From: Candidatus Ozemobacteraceae bacterium | Lineage (GTDB): Bacteria > Muiribacteriota > Ozemobacteria > Ozemobacterales > Ozemobacteraceae | Length of the DNA: 64,000 bases | Direction of reading: 5' to 3' | Assembly: GCA_965140445.1 (NCBI GenBank) | Contig: OZ223236.1 | Location: 1,088,001-1,152,000, forward strand | In this document: piece after piece, positions 17,321 through 26,921 of the stretch | How the letters are laid out: every line of letters starts with the position of its first letter | Numbering within the stretch: the first letter of the stretch is position 1 | Notes under the pieces: model-generated | What the model saw: only the letters and a program-made list of their open reading frames with translations | Told to the model about the DNA's origin: nothing | Database searches by the model: none | Made by a program: the position numbers and the translations under genes

Positions 17321-18465
17321 TGAGCGAAAAATGTTGTCCGTATTGCAAGAGCACCAATACTTTTGTTTACTATAAATCTGATATGCCAAAGATTCTGTCT
17401 GCGTGCCCTGCAGATATGCTTGAACATGCAGAAAGCGCAAAGTTTGAAACTATGCTTTGTCATGATTGCTTACTGGGTTTTAATTCTGCCCGGCTAAGTG
17501 GTGACGATTTGAATTTTATCTATGATAATTACCTCTATATCTCACCTATGCGTGGTATTGGAACTAGTAAATATGAAGGAATGATAGGAACACTTAAAAA
17601 GTTTTGTGCCAAAGATGATTCTGTTGTTGAGATAGGATGCTCTGAAGGCTACTTACTCAGCAAACTTAGAGAGGCAGGATACAAAAAACTTATTGGAATT
17701 GAACCTGGACCGCAGGCAGATGAAGCTGCTGAACTGGGATTAGAAATCAAAAAAGAATATTTTGATGAAAACACATTTGCGGGAAATGCAATAGATTGCT
17801 TTTATCTTATGCATGTTTTTGAGCATTTTGACGATCCATTTGCCATTTTACAGTCTATGAAGACTCAGCTCTCAGCAAAAGGAAAAATAGTTATAGAGGT
17901 TCCTGATTTTTGTGGATTTCACCATCAACACCTGTTCTTTTACAATTCGTTGTTTTTCAGGCGGCTTGCTGATGATAAAGGATTAAAAATAGTTGATAAA
18001 ACCATAGCGTTGGATGCTTTACGCGTGGTAATGGTTCATAAAGATAACAGTGAATACAATGAAATTGATTACCACGAAAGCGCTGAATTGATATTAAAAA
18101 CAGCGCCTCAGCAATATAATGCTCTCTTGAGAAGCGTTGAAAAATTAAATTCTCTGCTTTCCGAGTATCAGGGGAAAAAGGTTTATTGGTGGGGAGCTGG
18201 TTCAGCTTCAGTAATTTACTTAAATCAAGTTTCATCTGAATTACTAAAAAAAGTAGAATTTGTGGTTGTTGATGGGGATTCAAAAAAGTTTGGTTTTTGT
18301 ATTCCAGGAGTAGGGCTTAAAATAGAGTCTTTTGAGACCCTTAAAGAAAAGAAGATAGATTGCCTTGTTATCGCTTCGTCTTTTGCGACTGAAATTAAGT
18401 CTACTATTGCAAAAAACAATACTCAGGCAGGAAAGATCATTTTGCTTCAAGATTTATTAGAGTAA
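17320..18465 (+). CDS. SAM methyltransferase (NDP-sugar C-methyltransferase-like, Zn-binding N-terminus)
   Basis: CPYC...CHDC, VEIGCSEG, HVFEH, IEVP, C-terminal WGAG domain. Confidence 0.85.
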   Translation: MSEKCCPYCKSTNTFVYYKSDMPKILSACPADMLEHAESAKFETMLCHDCLLGFNSARLSGDDLNFIYDNYLYISPMRGIGTSKYEGMIGTLKKFCAKDDSVVEIGCSEGYLLSKLREAGYKKLIGIEPGPQADEAAELGLEIKKEYFDENTFAGNAIDCFYLMHVFEHFDDPFAILQSMKTQLSAKGKIVIEVPDFCGFHHQHLFFYNSLFFRRLADDKGLKIVDKTIALDALRVVMVHKDNSEYNEIDYHESAELILKTAPQQYNALLRSVEKLNSLLSEYQGKKVYWWGAGSASVIYLNQVSSELLKKVEFVVVDGDSKKFGFCIPGVGLKIESFETLKEKKIDCLVIASSFATEIKSTIAKNNTQAGKIILLQDLLE

Positions 18466-18499
18466 AATAAAATTGAAAGCAAAAAATGGGAGGATCAAT

Positions 18500-18832
18500 A
18501 TGGCTTTTGAAGAACTAAAATGTGTTCCATGTCAGATCGGAGCAAAGCCGATAGAGAAGAAAGAGGCGCTGAAATTATTGGAATCAATTCCAGATTGGGA
18601 GCTTGATGAAGAAGGTAAATCTATTTTTAGAAGATTTAAGTTCAAAAACTTTGCAGATGCTATTGAATTTGCAAATGGAGTAGGTGGATTGGCTGAAGAA
18701 GCTGGGCATCACCCCGTTATCGTCATGGGGTGGGGCTTTTGCCGCGTAAAATGGAAAACATCTAAAATCGATGGATTACATCAAAATGATTTTATTATGG
18801 CAGAGCGAACTGACAATTTTTATACCGCATAA
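18500..18832 (+). CDS. pterin-4-alpha-carbinolamine dehydratase
   Basis: CVPC, FKFKNF, AEEAGHHP, GLHQNDFIMA; GGAGG SD before ATG 18500. Confidence 0.93.
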   Translation: MAFEELKCVPCQIGAKPIEKKEALKLLESIPDWELDEEGKSIFRRFKFKNFADAIEFANGVGGLAEEAGHHPVIVMGWGFCRVKWKTSKIDGLHQNDFIMAERTDNFYTA

Positions 18833-18864
18833 AAAAATCCCCAGCGAATCGCTGGGGATTTTTT
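18831..18864. terminator. bidirectional intrinsic terminator
   Basis: AAAAAATCCCCAGCG-aat-CGCTGGGGATTTTTT between convergent genes. Confidence 0.92.
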
Positions 18865-18892
18865 CTTATTAAAAGATGTTAGTCGTTAGCTA

Positions 18893-19924
18893 CTATTTTT
18901 TGCATTCACAGTTCTTTTTGGCTTCTCCGCAGGTTCTGCAAAAACCATATTCTGGATTGTAATTTTTGCTTTTTCTAACTGTTTTAGCTTTGCAGCATGC
19001 TTTGCTTGAGCTGCATTTTTTCATTACTTTTTTGCAGATGCAGTTTTTGTAATCATTTCCACAAAGTTTGCAGGATTTCATTGCTTCTTTTTTGCATTCA
19101 CAATTCTTTTTAACTTCTCCACATTTTCTGCAAAAACCATATTTTGGATTGTAATTTCTGCTTCTTTTAAAAGCTTTGTCTTTGCAGCAAGCTTTTTTGT
19201 CAGCACATTTGCCATCATTACATTTATGAGCTTTGTCTTTGCAGCAAGCTTTTTTGTCAGAGCATTTGCCATCTTTGCATTTATGAGCTTTGTCTTTACA
19301 GCAAGCTTTTTTGTCAGAGCATTTGCCATCTTTGCATTTATGAGCTTTGTTTTTGCAGCAGGCTTTTTTGTCAGAGCATTTGCCATCTTTGCAATTATGC
19401 ACTTCTTTTTTACATTCGCAATTCTTTTTAACTTCTCCACATTTTCTGCAGAAACCATATTTTGGGTTGTAATTTCTGCTTCTTTTTACAGCTTTATTTT
19501 TGCAGCAAGCCTTTTTGTCAGCACATTTGCTGCTTTTACATTTATGAGCTTTCTTTTCGCTCTTACAGCAAGATTTTTTGGCTTTAGTCTTTGAACAAGA
19601 CATTTTGTCGCCACATTTTGCAGTTTTACACCCTGGTAAACCAACTGCAGGCGTTACATCTGTTGAATTAGCTACGCTTTTCAGGTATGCATCCCAGTCA
19701 TATTGATATGCGGTAAAGTTTTGTCTTAGTTCTGCAAGTTTAGCTTTGTCTTCAGCTGTTGGCATTTCTTTGGAAACAAGCTTTAGCATGTTTTCGCGCA
19801 TGATTTGCATTCTTGTTACGTGGTCAAGCCATGCATCATTGTCGATAGATTGGACATCTGAAGCAAAAGATGCAGTACAAATAAGAAGACAAAGTCCGAG
19901 AACTGTAAGGATATACTTTTTCAT
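18893..19924 (-). CDS. secreted Cys/Lys-rich repeat protein (metallothionein-like)
   Basis: Signal peptide MKKYILTVLGLCLLICTASFA, helical N-domain, then 44 Cys in repeated modules; AGGAGG SD. Confidence 0.85.
   Translation of the reverse strand: MKKYILTVLGLCLLICTASFASDVQSIDNDAWLDHVTRMQIMRENMLKLVSKEMPTAEDKAKLAELRQNFTAYQYDWDAYLKSVANSTDVTPAVGLPGCKTAKCGDKMSCSKTKAKKSCCKSEKKAHKCKSSKCADKKACCKNKAVKRSRNYNPKYGFCRKCGEVKKNCECKKEVHNCKDGKCSDKKACCKNKAHKCKDGKCSDKKACCKDKAHKCKDGKCSDKKACCKDKAHKCNDGKCADKKACCKDKAFKRSRNYNPKYGFCRKCGEVKKNCECKKEAMKSCKLCGNDYKNCICKKVMKKCSSSKACCKAKTVRKSKNYNPEYGFCRTCGEAKKNCECKK
19172..19399. repeat. four tandem 57-bp coding repeats
   Basis: Units start at 19172, 19229, 19286 and 19343 and encode HKCKDGKCSDKKACCKDKA. 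A fifth copy lies at ~19490-19546, and an ~88-bp block at 19084 is repeated at 19402. Confidence 0.95.
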
Positions 19925-20018
19925 TAAGGCCTCCTGAAATTTTTTCTAATTTTAATTTAAATTAAATGATACGCCAGACGGGTATAAAAAACATAGTTTT
20001 TGTGAGTAATATTAAAAA

Positions 20019-20810
20019 TTACTTTTTTTCGCCTTTTCTAAAACTGGTAAAGTTCATTGATCTTCTGTCTATTCTAATTTCACTCAAGTTGAGCTTGAAG
20101 GGAAATTTTTCAAGATCCATTACCGGGTTTATTTTTTTCACAATCATTCCAACAAAAGATCGTGGCATAGCCATGTGATTAATTTTCATTCTTTTTGCAT
20201 GGAACCAGATTTCCTTCGAATCCTTTACCGAAAATCCTCCGGTTGCCCAAAACCTAACTTTAACCATTCCATATTTTGCTGAGCCAGATAACTCTATTTT
20301 TCCGGGGTACATTCTAACCATTGGATTGTTAACTTTTATTGATTTGCTTTTCGCTTTTAAAAAGCTATTTAGATCGCTTTCTTTGACCACCACATCCATG
20401 TTGATATTGCTCATTGAGACCGGGTCTATTTTTTCCTCTAAGAGAAGCTTTTTAGTATCCAGTTGCACATCGTCAAATGTAATGTCAGCCTTGTCAAGGA
20501 TTACCTGATCTATATTTCCCCTGGAAGTATGAACCTTTACCGATTTAAATTTTCCCAGCGCAGTATTTTCATCGTCATAAGGAGTTAAAATTATAGATAA
20601 GCTGGCAGGGTTGTTAAGTAGCTTGAGCATCGATTTCTCAAGTTTCTCATGTATAATCTCAGGGTTTGAAGCTATTTGAGCAGTAATCAAAGGATCTGCT
20701 GTGTATGAAGCATTTTCTCCATTCACAGATCCCGGAAAAAACATGAAGGCAAAAGCAAAAATAAATATGAGAATATATGAAGTGGAAATAACAGCTGATT
20801 TCTTTTCCAT
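20019..20810 (-). CDS. DUF2993/LmeA-like lipid-binding protein
   Basis: N-terminal TM/signal; GKFKSVKV...ITFDDV...VKESDLNSFL...NPVMDLEKFPF pattern. Confidence 0.65.
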   Translation of the reverse strand: MEKKSAVISTSYILIFIFAFAFMFFPGSVNGENASYTADPLITAQIASNPEIIHEKLEKSMLKLLNNPASLSIILTPYDDENTALGKFKSVKVHTSRGNIDQVILDKADITFDDVQLDTKKLLLEEKIDPVSMSNINMDVVVKESDLNSFLKAKSKSIKVNNPMVRMYPGKIELSGSAKYGMVKVRFWATGGFSVKDSKEIWFHAKRMKINHMAMPRSFVGMIVKKINPVMDLEKFPFKLNLSEIRIDRRSMNFTSFRKGEKK

Positions 20811-20858
20811 GGTTGTACTCAACTTTGTGTGTTTATGTAAGCGTACATTGTAATAATA

Positions 20859-22325
20859 TTAGTTGTCCAGCATTTCGGACGATATTTTTAATTTAGGTAA
20901 TTTACTTGCCCAGACATCCCACAGCATAATTCCTTCGTTTCTAGTTTGATTGAGGTTTTTGAAAAAATCTTTGAAAATGTGATCCTCAAGTATCTTTGAC
21001 GAGACCGCGATTGTGTAATAAGAATTCGCACCAATTGGTTGCCCAGATACTAAAATTTCAGAAATATCTCCTGCAAAATAGTTAAAATTACATCGGCCAA
21101 ACTCTAAGCCGGGAACCCCTGAATTTACCACAAGGTTTTTTACCAATTTTTTTAGTTCAAAACCGGAAAGCCTGAATTTCAAAATGAAATAATTTTCAAA
21201 GGTTCCAAAAAAGTTTCCTGGTTTAATTAAATTTGAACCACGAAACTCATCGTTTGGGTGCGGAACTATTGATAGATCGCTTCTGGAATAGTCTGCTACA
21301 AAATTTGCATGTGTTTTTGGGGAAAATCTGTTGGGCGATGTTGTTGCAGCAATGTTAGTTGGAATCATAGTGAGAACATTGTTTAATTGATGAAAAAGAT
21401 GGTCATATTCTTTTTCAAATAGTTTCAATGCATCTCCGGTTTCAGCTTTTTTAAGTGGCAAAATTCTTAAAGTGGCCCTCGGATATCCATAATTTCTTCT
21501 ATATATGTTTAAAACCGGAAGAAAATGACATCCATCTGGGAGCTTAAACAAATAGGTATTAGATTCGGTTTGAATATTGTGGTCTGGTGTTGTTTCATCT
21601 ACTTTTTGATTGATTTGCCCAATGAAGAAGTAACCTTTTAATTTAAAAAGCTCAAGTTTTAGATCATGGAGATCTTTGTCGTTTAAATGCGCTAAGATTA
21701 GATTTATGCTGTTTTCTTTAGTTCTTAAACCAATTCTTCGAAGCGTTTCGCATGGGTTTTCTACTTCTAGGTTTCCCCACAGTTGAATTGGAAAAGCACT
21801 TAAGAAATCTTTGCTTATAAAAGATAAGCAATTGATTGTTAAGCCATTCTTCACAATTTTTTGTGAAATTGGAAACAGGTTATGTCCTTTTATGGGTCTG
21901 AGATTGGTCCAATTCCTGAGTCGAATATTCTGGGATAAAAGTTTATTTCTGAAAATTCCAAGATCCTTTGGACCTAAAGCTTGAAAGTCTGGTTTGCAGA
22001 GCTTGGAAAGTTGCCAGTCAATTTCTCCGCTATTTATAAAGCTAAATGCCGAAAAGATGTCCGCATCGTTTCCCATTCCTGCAATAAATGTTGTTGGTTC
22101 GTCATGCTTTTTTAAATCTCCAATTAGTGAAGGTGCTTTCCAGCAATCGGCTGGGAGAGGTCTCAAAGATTCATTCCAATAAACGGTTTGGCCGGAAAAA
22201 TTTCCAGAAAAAATAATCTGAATGGGATTCAGAGGCTTGCTATAAGCTATTCCAATTCCTAAGAAAACAAAGGCAAGAAATACGGTTTTTAGTTTTCTTA
22301 TTGTTTTTTTGGAAAACAAAGGCAT
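20859..22325 (-). CDS. degenerate 5'-nucleotidase/metallophosphoesterase-like protein
   Basis: Domain order of 5'-nucleotidases, with C-terminal LSGFELKKLV...VSGQPI...YTIAVS; metal-binding motifs eroded. Confidence 0.6.
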   Translation of the reverse strand: MPLFSKKTIRKLKTVFLAFVFLGIGIAYSKPLNPIQIIFSGNFSGQTVYWNESLRPLPADCWKAPSLIGDLKKHDEPTTFIAGMGNDADIFSAFSFINSGEIDWQLSKLCKPDFQALGPKDLGIFRNKLLSQNIRLRNWTNLRPIKGHNLFPISQKIVKNGLTINCLSFISKDFLSAFPIQLWGNLEVENPCETLRRIGLRTKENSINLILAHLNDKDLHDLKLELFKLKGYFFIGQINQKVDETTPDHNIQTESNTYLFKLPDGCHFLPVLNIYRRNYGYPRATLRILPLKKAETGDALKLFEKEYDHLFHQLNNVLTMIPTNIAATTSPNRFSPKTHANFVADYSRSDLSIVPHPNDEFRGSNLIKPGNFFGTFENYFILKFRLSGFELKKLVKNLVVNSGVPGLEFGRCNFNYFAGDISEILVSGQPIGANSYYTIAVSSKILEDHIFKDFFKNLNQTRNEGIMLWDVWASKLPKLKISSEMLDN

Positions 22326-23407
22326 TATTCATTAATCCGCGAGATAAGTTTAAACCCACCAAAAGCAAAAATGATGTTTTGAGCCCAGGCTGAAAGCATG
22401 GCTGGTAAAAAGCCACTCTTGCCCAGTGCTGTAAAAACGCTCATTAAAACATAATAGAAAAATATTATAAGCATTGATACGCCAAAGCCTATAAACGCGC
22501 CACTTCTGTTGTTGGTCAAGCCAAATGAGGCGCCAATTATAGCAAAAAAGAAACTTGCGAATGGTAGAGAGGTTTTCATTGCCAACTCCACTCTAAAGGC
22601 TGTTGTGTCCATGAAACTTGTTCTCTCGTAAGTTTCAATGCGGCTTTTTAATTCTTTATAACTCATTTCATTTGGTCTTTTGCTCTGGCGGGCAAAATCT
22701 GAAGGAGTTTCTTTTATCCCGTTTATTCCCATTTCAGCAATTGGAGTTGGAGTTGCGTTTGCACCATTTGTATACCATTGGTCTACAACCTCTTTTAAGT
22801 TCCACCTGATGCCGTCCCAATGAGCCGATCCAGCAGAAATTCTTCTCTCCAGGACGCCTTCTTCAGTGTAATATTCAAGAAGAACTTTTTCCATTAAAGC
22901 TCTTTTCTCATAGACTTTTCGAGCGTAAGCGAAAGCTCCATCTGAGGTTCTCATGATAGAGTTTTCTGTTGCTGGTGGCTCAACTAATTTCATTATTTCA
23001 GTTCGTTTGATTTCTCTTGCCCGCTGATTTGATGCTGGAACTACTTTTTCGTTAAACACAAAGCTGATTCCTGTGATCATTAGAGCAAAAGCCATGACGG
23101 GGACAAGAATTCTAAAAAAGTTTATTCCGCCGGCTTTTAGCGCAGTGGTTTCTGAATCTTTAGACATTCGCCCGAAAACCATTAGCGTAGTTAGAAGAAC
23201 AGACATTGGAAAAGTAAAAACCATATCCTGAGGCAATCGATTTAAAAACCAACGCACGATAATCATTGGGCTGACATTATCATTAACGATTTTCTGCAAT
23301 GCGTCCATTAGAGGGTCGATTGCAATAATTGTAACAAAAAGGAAGAACCCGAAAAGAAAGGGCCCGATAAGCTGTTTGAATATGTATTTGTCGAGAATTC
23401 TAATCAT
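22325..23407 (-). CDS. LptF/LptG family LPS export permease
   Basis: ILDKYIFKQL, FGRMSKDSETTALKAGG, NEKVVP, A+W..N motif; 3+3 TM layout. Confidence 0.93.
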   Translation of the reverse strand: MIRILDKYIFKQLIGPFLFGFFLFVTIIAIDPLMDALQKIVNDNVSPMIIVRWFLNRLPQDMVFTFPMSVLLTTLMVFGRMSKDSETTALKAGGINFFRILVPVMAFALMITGISFVFNEKVVPASNQRAREIKRTEIMKLVEPPATENSIMRTSDGAFAYARKVYEKRALMEKVLLEYYTEEGVLERRISAGSAHWDGIRWNLKEVVDQWYTNGANATPTPIAEMGINGIKETPSDFARQSKRPNEMSYKELKSRIETYERTSFMDTTAFRVELAMKTSLPFASFFFAIIGASFGLTNNRSGAFIGFGVSMLIIFFYYVLMSVFTALGKSGFLPAMLSAWAQNIIFAFGGFKLISRINE

Positions 23408-23507
23408 GTTTATTTTAAAAATCTGTTACTTTGAATTTATTTTACCAGATGGTATTATGAACATCTCTTGAATATATTTCAACTTATTATGTGGAAAGGG
23501 CCTTGAA

Positions 23508-24824
23508 ATGAAAATTGGAATAGTTGGAACGGGATACGTTGGATTAGTTACAGGAACCTGTTTTGCAGAGTCTGGAAACGATGTTATTTGTGTTGACACA
23601 GATAAGAATAAAATAGATGGTCTTAAAAATGGTGTAATCCCAATATATGAACCTGGCCTTGAAGACCTGGTTAAAAGAAATACCGCAGAAGAACGCTTGA
23701 CCTTCACAACAGAATTGAAGGAAGCCGTAGATAGTTGTTTGATTCTTTTTATTGCAGTTGGTACTCCTCCAGACGAAGATGGTTCAGCAGATTTAAAACA
23801 TGTGCTGGCAGTTGCCAGAGGAATTGGCCAGACGATGAATGAATATCGTGTGATTGTTGACAAATCAACCGTTCCTGTGGGAACTGGCGAAAAAGTTCGT
23901 AAAGCAATCCAGGAAGAATTGGATAAACGTCAGGTAAATATCGAATTTGATATCGTAAGTAATCCTGAATTCCTCAAAGAAGGAAATGCTATTGACGATT
24001 TTATGAAGCCAGATCGCGTAGTTATTGGCTGCGGTGATGTTAGAACTGCAGAAATAATGAAAGAGCTTTATTCTCCATTTGTTAGAACTGGTAAACCCAT
24101 TCTAATAATGGACGTTGCCTCTGCAGAAATGACAAAATATACTGCTAACGCAATGCTTGCTACAAAGATTTCTTTCATGAACGATATAGCCAATCTTTGC
24201 GAAAAACTTGGGGCAGATATATCCCATGTCCGCCAGGGAATTGGCTCTGACAGCAGAATTGGCTATTCATTTATTTTCCCCGGTGCTGGATACGGTGGAT
24301 CATGTTTCCCTAAGGATGTACAGGCTCTTATAAGAACTGCATCTGAGAACAAACATGAATTGGAAATTCTTAAAGCTGTTGAAGCCGTAAACTATCGACA
24401 AAAAGAAGTTCTTTTTGCAAAATTGCAAAAGAAATTCGGAGATGATTTAAAAAATAAAACTATTGCAATATGGGGGTTGTCTTTCAAACCCAATACTGAC
24501 GATATGCGAGAAGCGCCTGCTATAGTTCTTATCGAAGCTTTATTGAAAATTGGCGCAAAAGTCAAAGCTTATGACCCGGAAGCCATGAAAGAAGCAAAGC
24601 ATATTTTTGGCGATAGAATTGAATTTGGTAAAAAATCCTATGAGGTTGTTGAAGGTGCTGACGCTGTAGTTATTGTAACTGAATGGAATGAATTCAGACG
24701 CCCAGACCTTGAAAAAGTTAAAAAGCTCTTGAAAGAGCCTGTAATAATTGATGGAAGAAATATTTTTGACCCTGAAAAAATGAGAGCACAAGGGTTCTAT
24801 TACGATTCGATTGGGAGGAAATAA
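23508..24824 (+). CDS. ugd: UDP-glucose 6-dehydrogenase
   Basis: [33 protein letters not shown]. Confidence 0.96.
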   Translation: MKIGIVGTGYVGLVTGTCFAESGNDVICVDTDKNKIDGLKNGVIPIYEPGLEDLVKRNTAEERLTFTTELKEAVDSCLILFIAVGTPPDEDGSADLKHVLAVARGIGQTMNEYRVIVDKSTVPVGTGEKVRKAIQEELDKRQVNIEFDIVSNPEFLKEGNAIDDFMKPDRVVIGCGDVRTAEIMKELYSPFVRTGKPILIMDVASAEMTKYTANAMLATKISFMNDIANLCEKLGADISHVRQGIGSDSRIGYSFIFPGAGYGGSCFPKDVQALIRTASENKHELEILKAVEAVNYRQKEVLFAKLQKKFGDDLKNKTIAIWGLSFKPNTDDMREAPAIVLIEALLKIGAKVKAYDPEAMKEAKHIFGDRIEFGKKSYEVVEGADAVVIVTEWNEFRRPDLEKVKKLLKEPVIIDGRNIFDPEKMRAQGFYYDSIGRK

Positions 24825-25840
24825 TGAAATTGGTTTTGCCTGTAGCTGGTAAAGGAACCCGGCTACGACCGCATACCTTCAGTAAACCGAAATCTCTGGT
24901 TCGGGTAGCCGGAAAGACTGTTTTAATGCATGTATTAGACAGCCTGAAGGTTCTTGATATTGATGAATACATAATTATAACTGACGAAAATGGTCATATT
25001 ATCAAGGCTTACATTGATAAGCATTATCCGGAAATTAATGCTACCTATATCCCGCAGCTTGAACTTCTTGGGCCAGCTCATGCCGTATCATTGGCAGCTC
25101 CAAGAATAAAAGACGGCGATGATGTGTTGGTTGTATTTAATGACACTCTTTTTGTTACAGATCTAAAGCAGATCCCAGAGATTTGCAAAAATCTTGACGG
25201 CCTTATTTACTCTAAGGAAGTAAAAGATTATCAGCGCTTTGGAGTTAACGTAATGAAAGATGGTGTAATCGTTGATATGGTTGAAAAACCGGATAAACCG
25301 ATTAGCCGTCTTGCTCAGGTTGGGCTTTACTATCTTAAAGATGGTAACAAGTTTATGAACTATATTCAGAAAGCTATAGATATGGATCTTCGGGTAAAGG
25401 GAGAATTCTATTTGCCCGATATTTTCAAGCTGATGCTTAAAGATGGTTTTAAGCTTGGAGCTCCGGAAATTAATGAATGGTTGGATTGTGGCAAACCAGA
25501 AACTTTACTGCAGACCAACCGATTTCTGCTGCAACGCTATAAAGAAGAAATTCCCAAGGTTGATAATAGCGTAATCATTCCGCCAGTCCATATCCATCCG
25601 ACTGCTGTTATAAAAAACTCTGTCATTGGCCCCTATGTGTCAATCGCAGAAGGATGCGAAATTGTTAGCTCTATAATTAGAGATTCTGTTGTCAATCCTA
25701 ATTCCTGTCTTATTAACTCTATGCTGGCTGAATCGATCGTTGGTGATTCGGCACAATTTAGAGGGCATACTTCGAGGATTAATATTGGCGACAATAGTGT
25801 TATCGACTTCGACAACGAAAAAAGTCTTTTCGAAGGCTAA
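24824..25840 (+). CDS. sugar-1-phosphate nucleotidyltransferase (long form)
   Basis: AGKGTRLRPHT..KPK, EKP, WLDCGKPE, C-terminal hexapeptide beta-helix. Confidence 0.92.
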   Translation: MKLVLPVAGKGTRLRPHTFSKPKSLVRVAGKTVLMHVLDSLKVLDIDEYIIITDENGHIIKAYIDKHYPEINATYIPQLELLGPAHAVSLAAPRIKDGDDVLVVFNDTLFVTDLKQIPEICKNLDGLIYSKEVKDYQRFGVNVMKDGVIVDMVEKPDKPISRLAQVGLYYLKDGNKFMNYIQKAIDMDLRVKGEFYLPDIFKLMLKDGFKLGAPEINEWLDCGKPETLLQTNRFLLQRYKEEIPKVDNSVIIPPVHIHPTAVIKNSVIGPYVSIAEGCEIVSSIIRDSVVNPNSCLINSMLAESIVGDSAQFRGHTSRINIGDNSVIDFDNEKSLFEG

Positions 25841-25905
25841 GTAAATTTTGTTATTTTCCAGCTGCAGGAGTAGAATCCTGCAGCTGGTCTATGTACGAGG
25901 AATAA

Positions 25906-26910
25906 ATGACTGACAATAGAGAAAGAGTTCTTGTTACAGGGGGGGCTGGATACATCGGCAGCCACGCTTGCAAAGAACTTTGGCAAAGCGGTTATGAGCC
26001 AGTGGTTTTTGATTCACTCGAAAACGGTTTCGCCCATAACGTAAAATGGGGAAAATTGATCAAAGGCGACTTGAGAAATTACTCTGACATTAATAATGCT
26101 ATAAGCGAAATAAAGCCTTATGCTGTAATTCATTTTGCTGCATATGCCTATGTCGGAGAATCGGTTTTACTTCCACAAAAATATTATGAAAATAATGTTG
26201 TTGGGAGCTATAACCTTTTAAAAGCGATGACAGAAAATTCTGTTTCAAGGCTTGTTTTTAGCTCTAGTTGTGCAACTTATGGTATTCCTGATTCCAAAAT
26301 TATTACTGAGAAAATGCCCCAAAGCCCCGTTAATCCTTACGGTAATACAAAATTAATCATGGAAAAAATGATGAGAGATTTCTCTCAAGCTACAGATTTA
26401 AAGTTTATGGCTTTACGCTATTTCAATGCGGCAGGCGCATCTCCAGATGGAGAAATAGGGGAAGAGCACGACCCTGAAACTCATTTAATTCCTTTGATTT
26501 TAAAAGTTGCTGCAGGGGAATTGGAATTTTTAACTATTTTCGGTGAAGATTACGAAACATACGATGGAACTTGTATTCGTGACTATATACATGTTTCGGA
26601 TCTTGCTCAAGCTCATATTGGTGCTTTAAAATATTTGGATAAAACGAGCTCGCCAGATAAGGTAACGGCTCTGAATCTTGGAAATGGAAATGGCTATTCC
26701 ATTAAAGAAGTTGTTGCTTCTGTTGAGAGAGTAACAGGGAAAAAAATACCTTGTAAAATTGGCAATAGAAGGGCTGGAGATCCACCAATTCTGGTTGGCT
26801 CTTCTGATCTGGCAAAGAGTGTAATCGAATGGAAGCCGCGATATACTGAAATTGATACAATAGTCGAGCACGCCTGGAATTTTTGCTTAAAGGCAAAATT
26901 CAATAATTAA
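25906..26910 (+). CDS. galE: UDP-glucose 4-epimerase
   Basis: GGAGYIGSH, YGNTK, LRYFNAAGA, DGTCIRDYIHV. Confidence 0.95.
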   Translation: MTDNRERVLVTGGAGYIGSHACKELWQSGYEPVVFDSLENGFAHNVKWGKLIKGDLRNYSDINNAISEIKPYAVIHFAAYAYVGESVLLPQKYYENNVVGSYNLLKAMTENSVSRLVFSSSCATYGIPDSKIITEKMPQSPVNPYGNTKLIMEKMMRDFSQATDLKFMALRYFNAAGASPDGEIGEEHDPETHLIPLILKVAAGELEFLTIFGEDYETYDGTCIRDYIHVSDLAQAHIGALKYLDKTSSPDKVTALNLGNGNGYSIKEVVASVERVTGKKIPCKIGNRRAGDPPILVGSSDLAKSVIEWKPRYTEIDTIVEHAWNFCLKAKFNN

Positions 26911-26921
26911 GGAGAATTGAG

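Noticed and set aside
10765..18465. Phase-variable homopolymer tracts as in Campylobacter glycosylation genes
   Set aside because: No long G/C tracts seen; A/T runs of about 8 are expected at this composition.
19172..19546. Possible CRISPR array
   Set aside because: Repeats are contiguous, in-frame 57-bp coding units with no unique spacers, and no cas genes are present.
19078..19594. Alternate-frame ORFs over the repeat (19078-19458 minus, 19226-19594 plus)
   Set aside because: Shadows of the stop-free tandem repeat; no SD.
18893..19924. Multiheme cytochrome or ferredoxin
   Set aside because: No CxxCH or CxxCxxCxxxC motifs.
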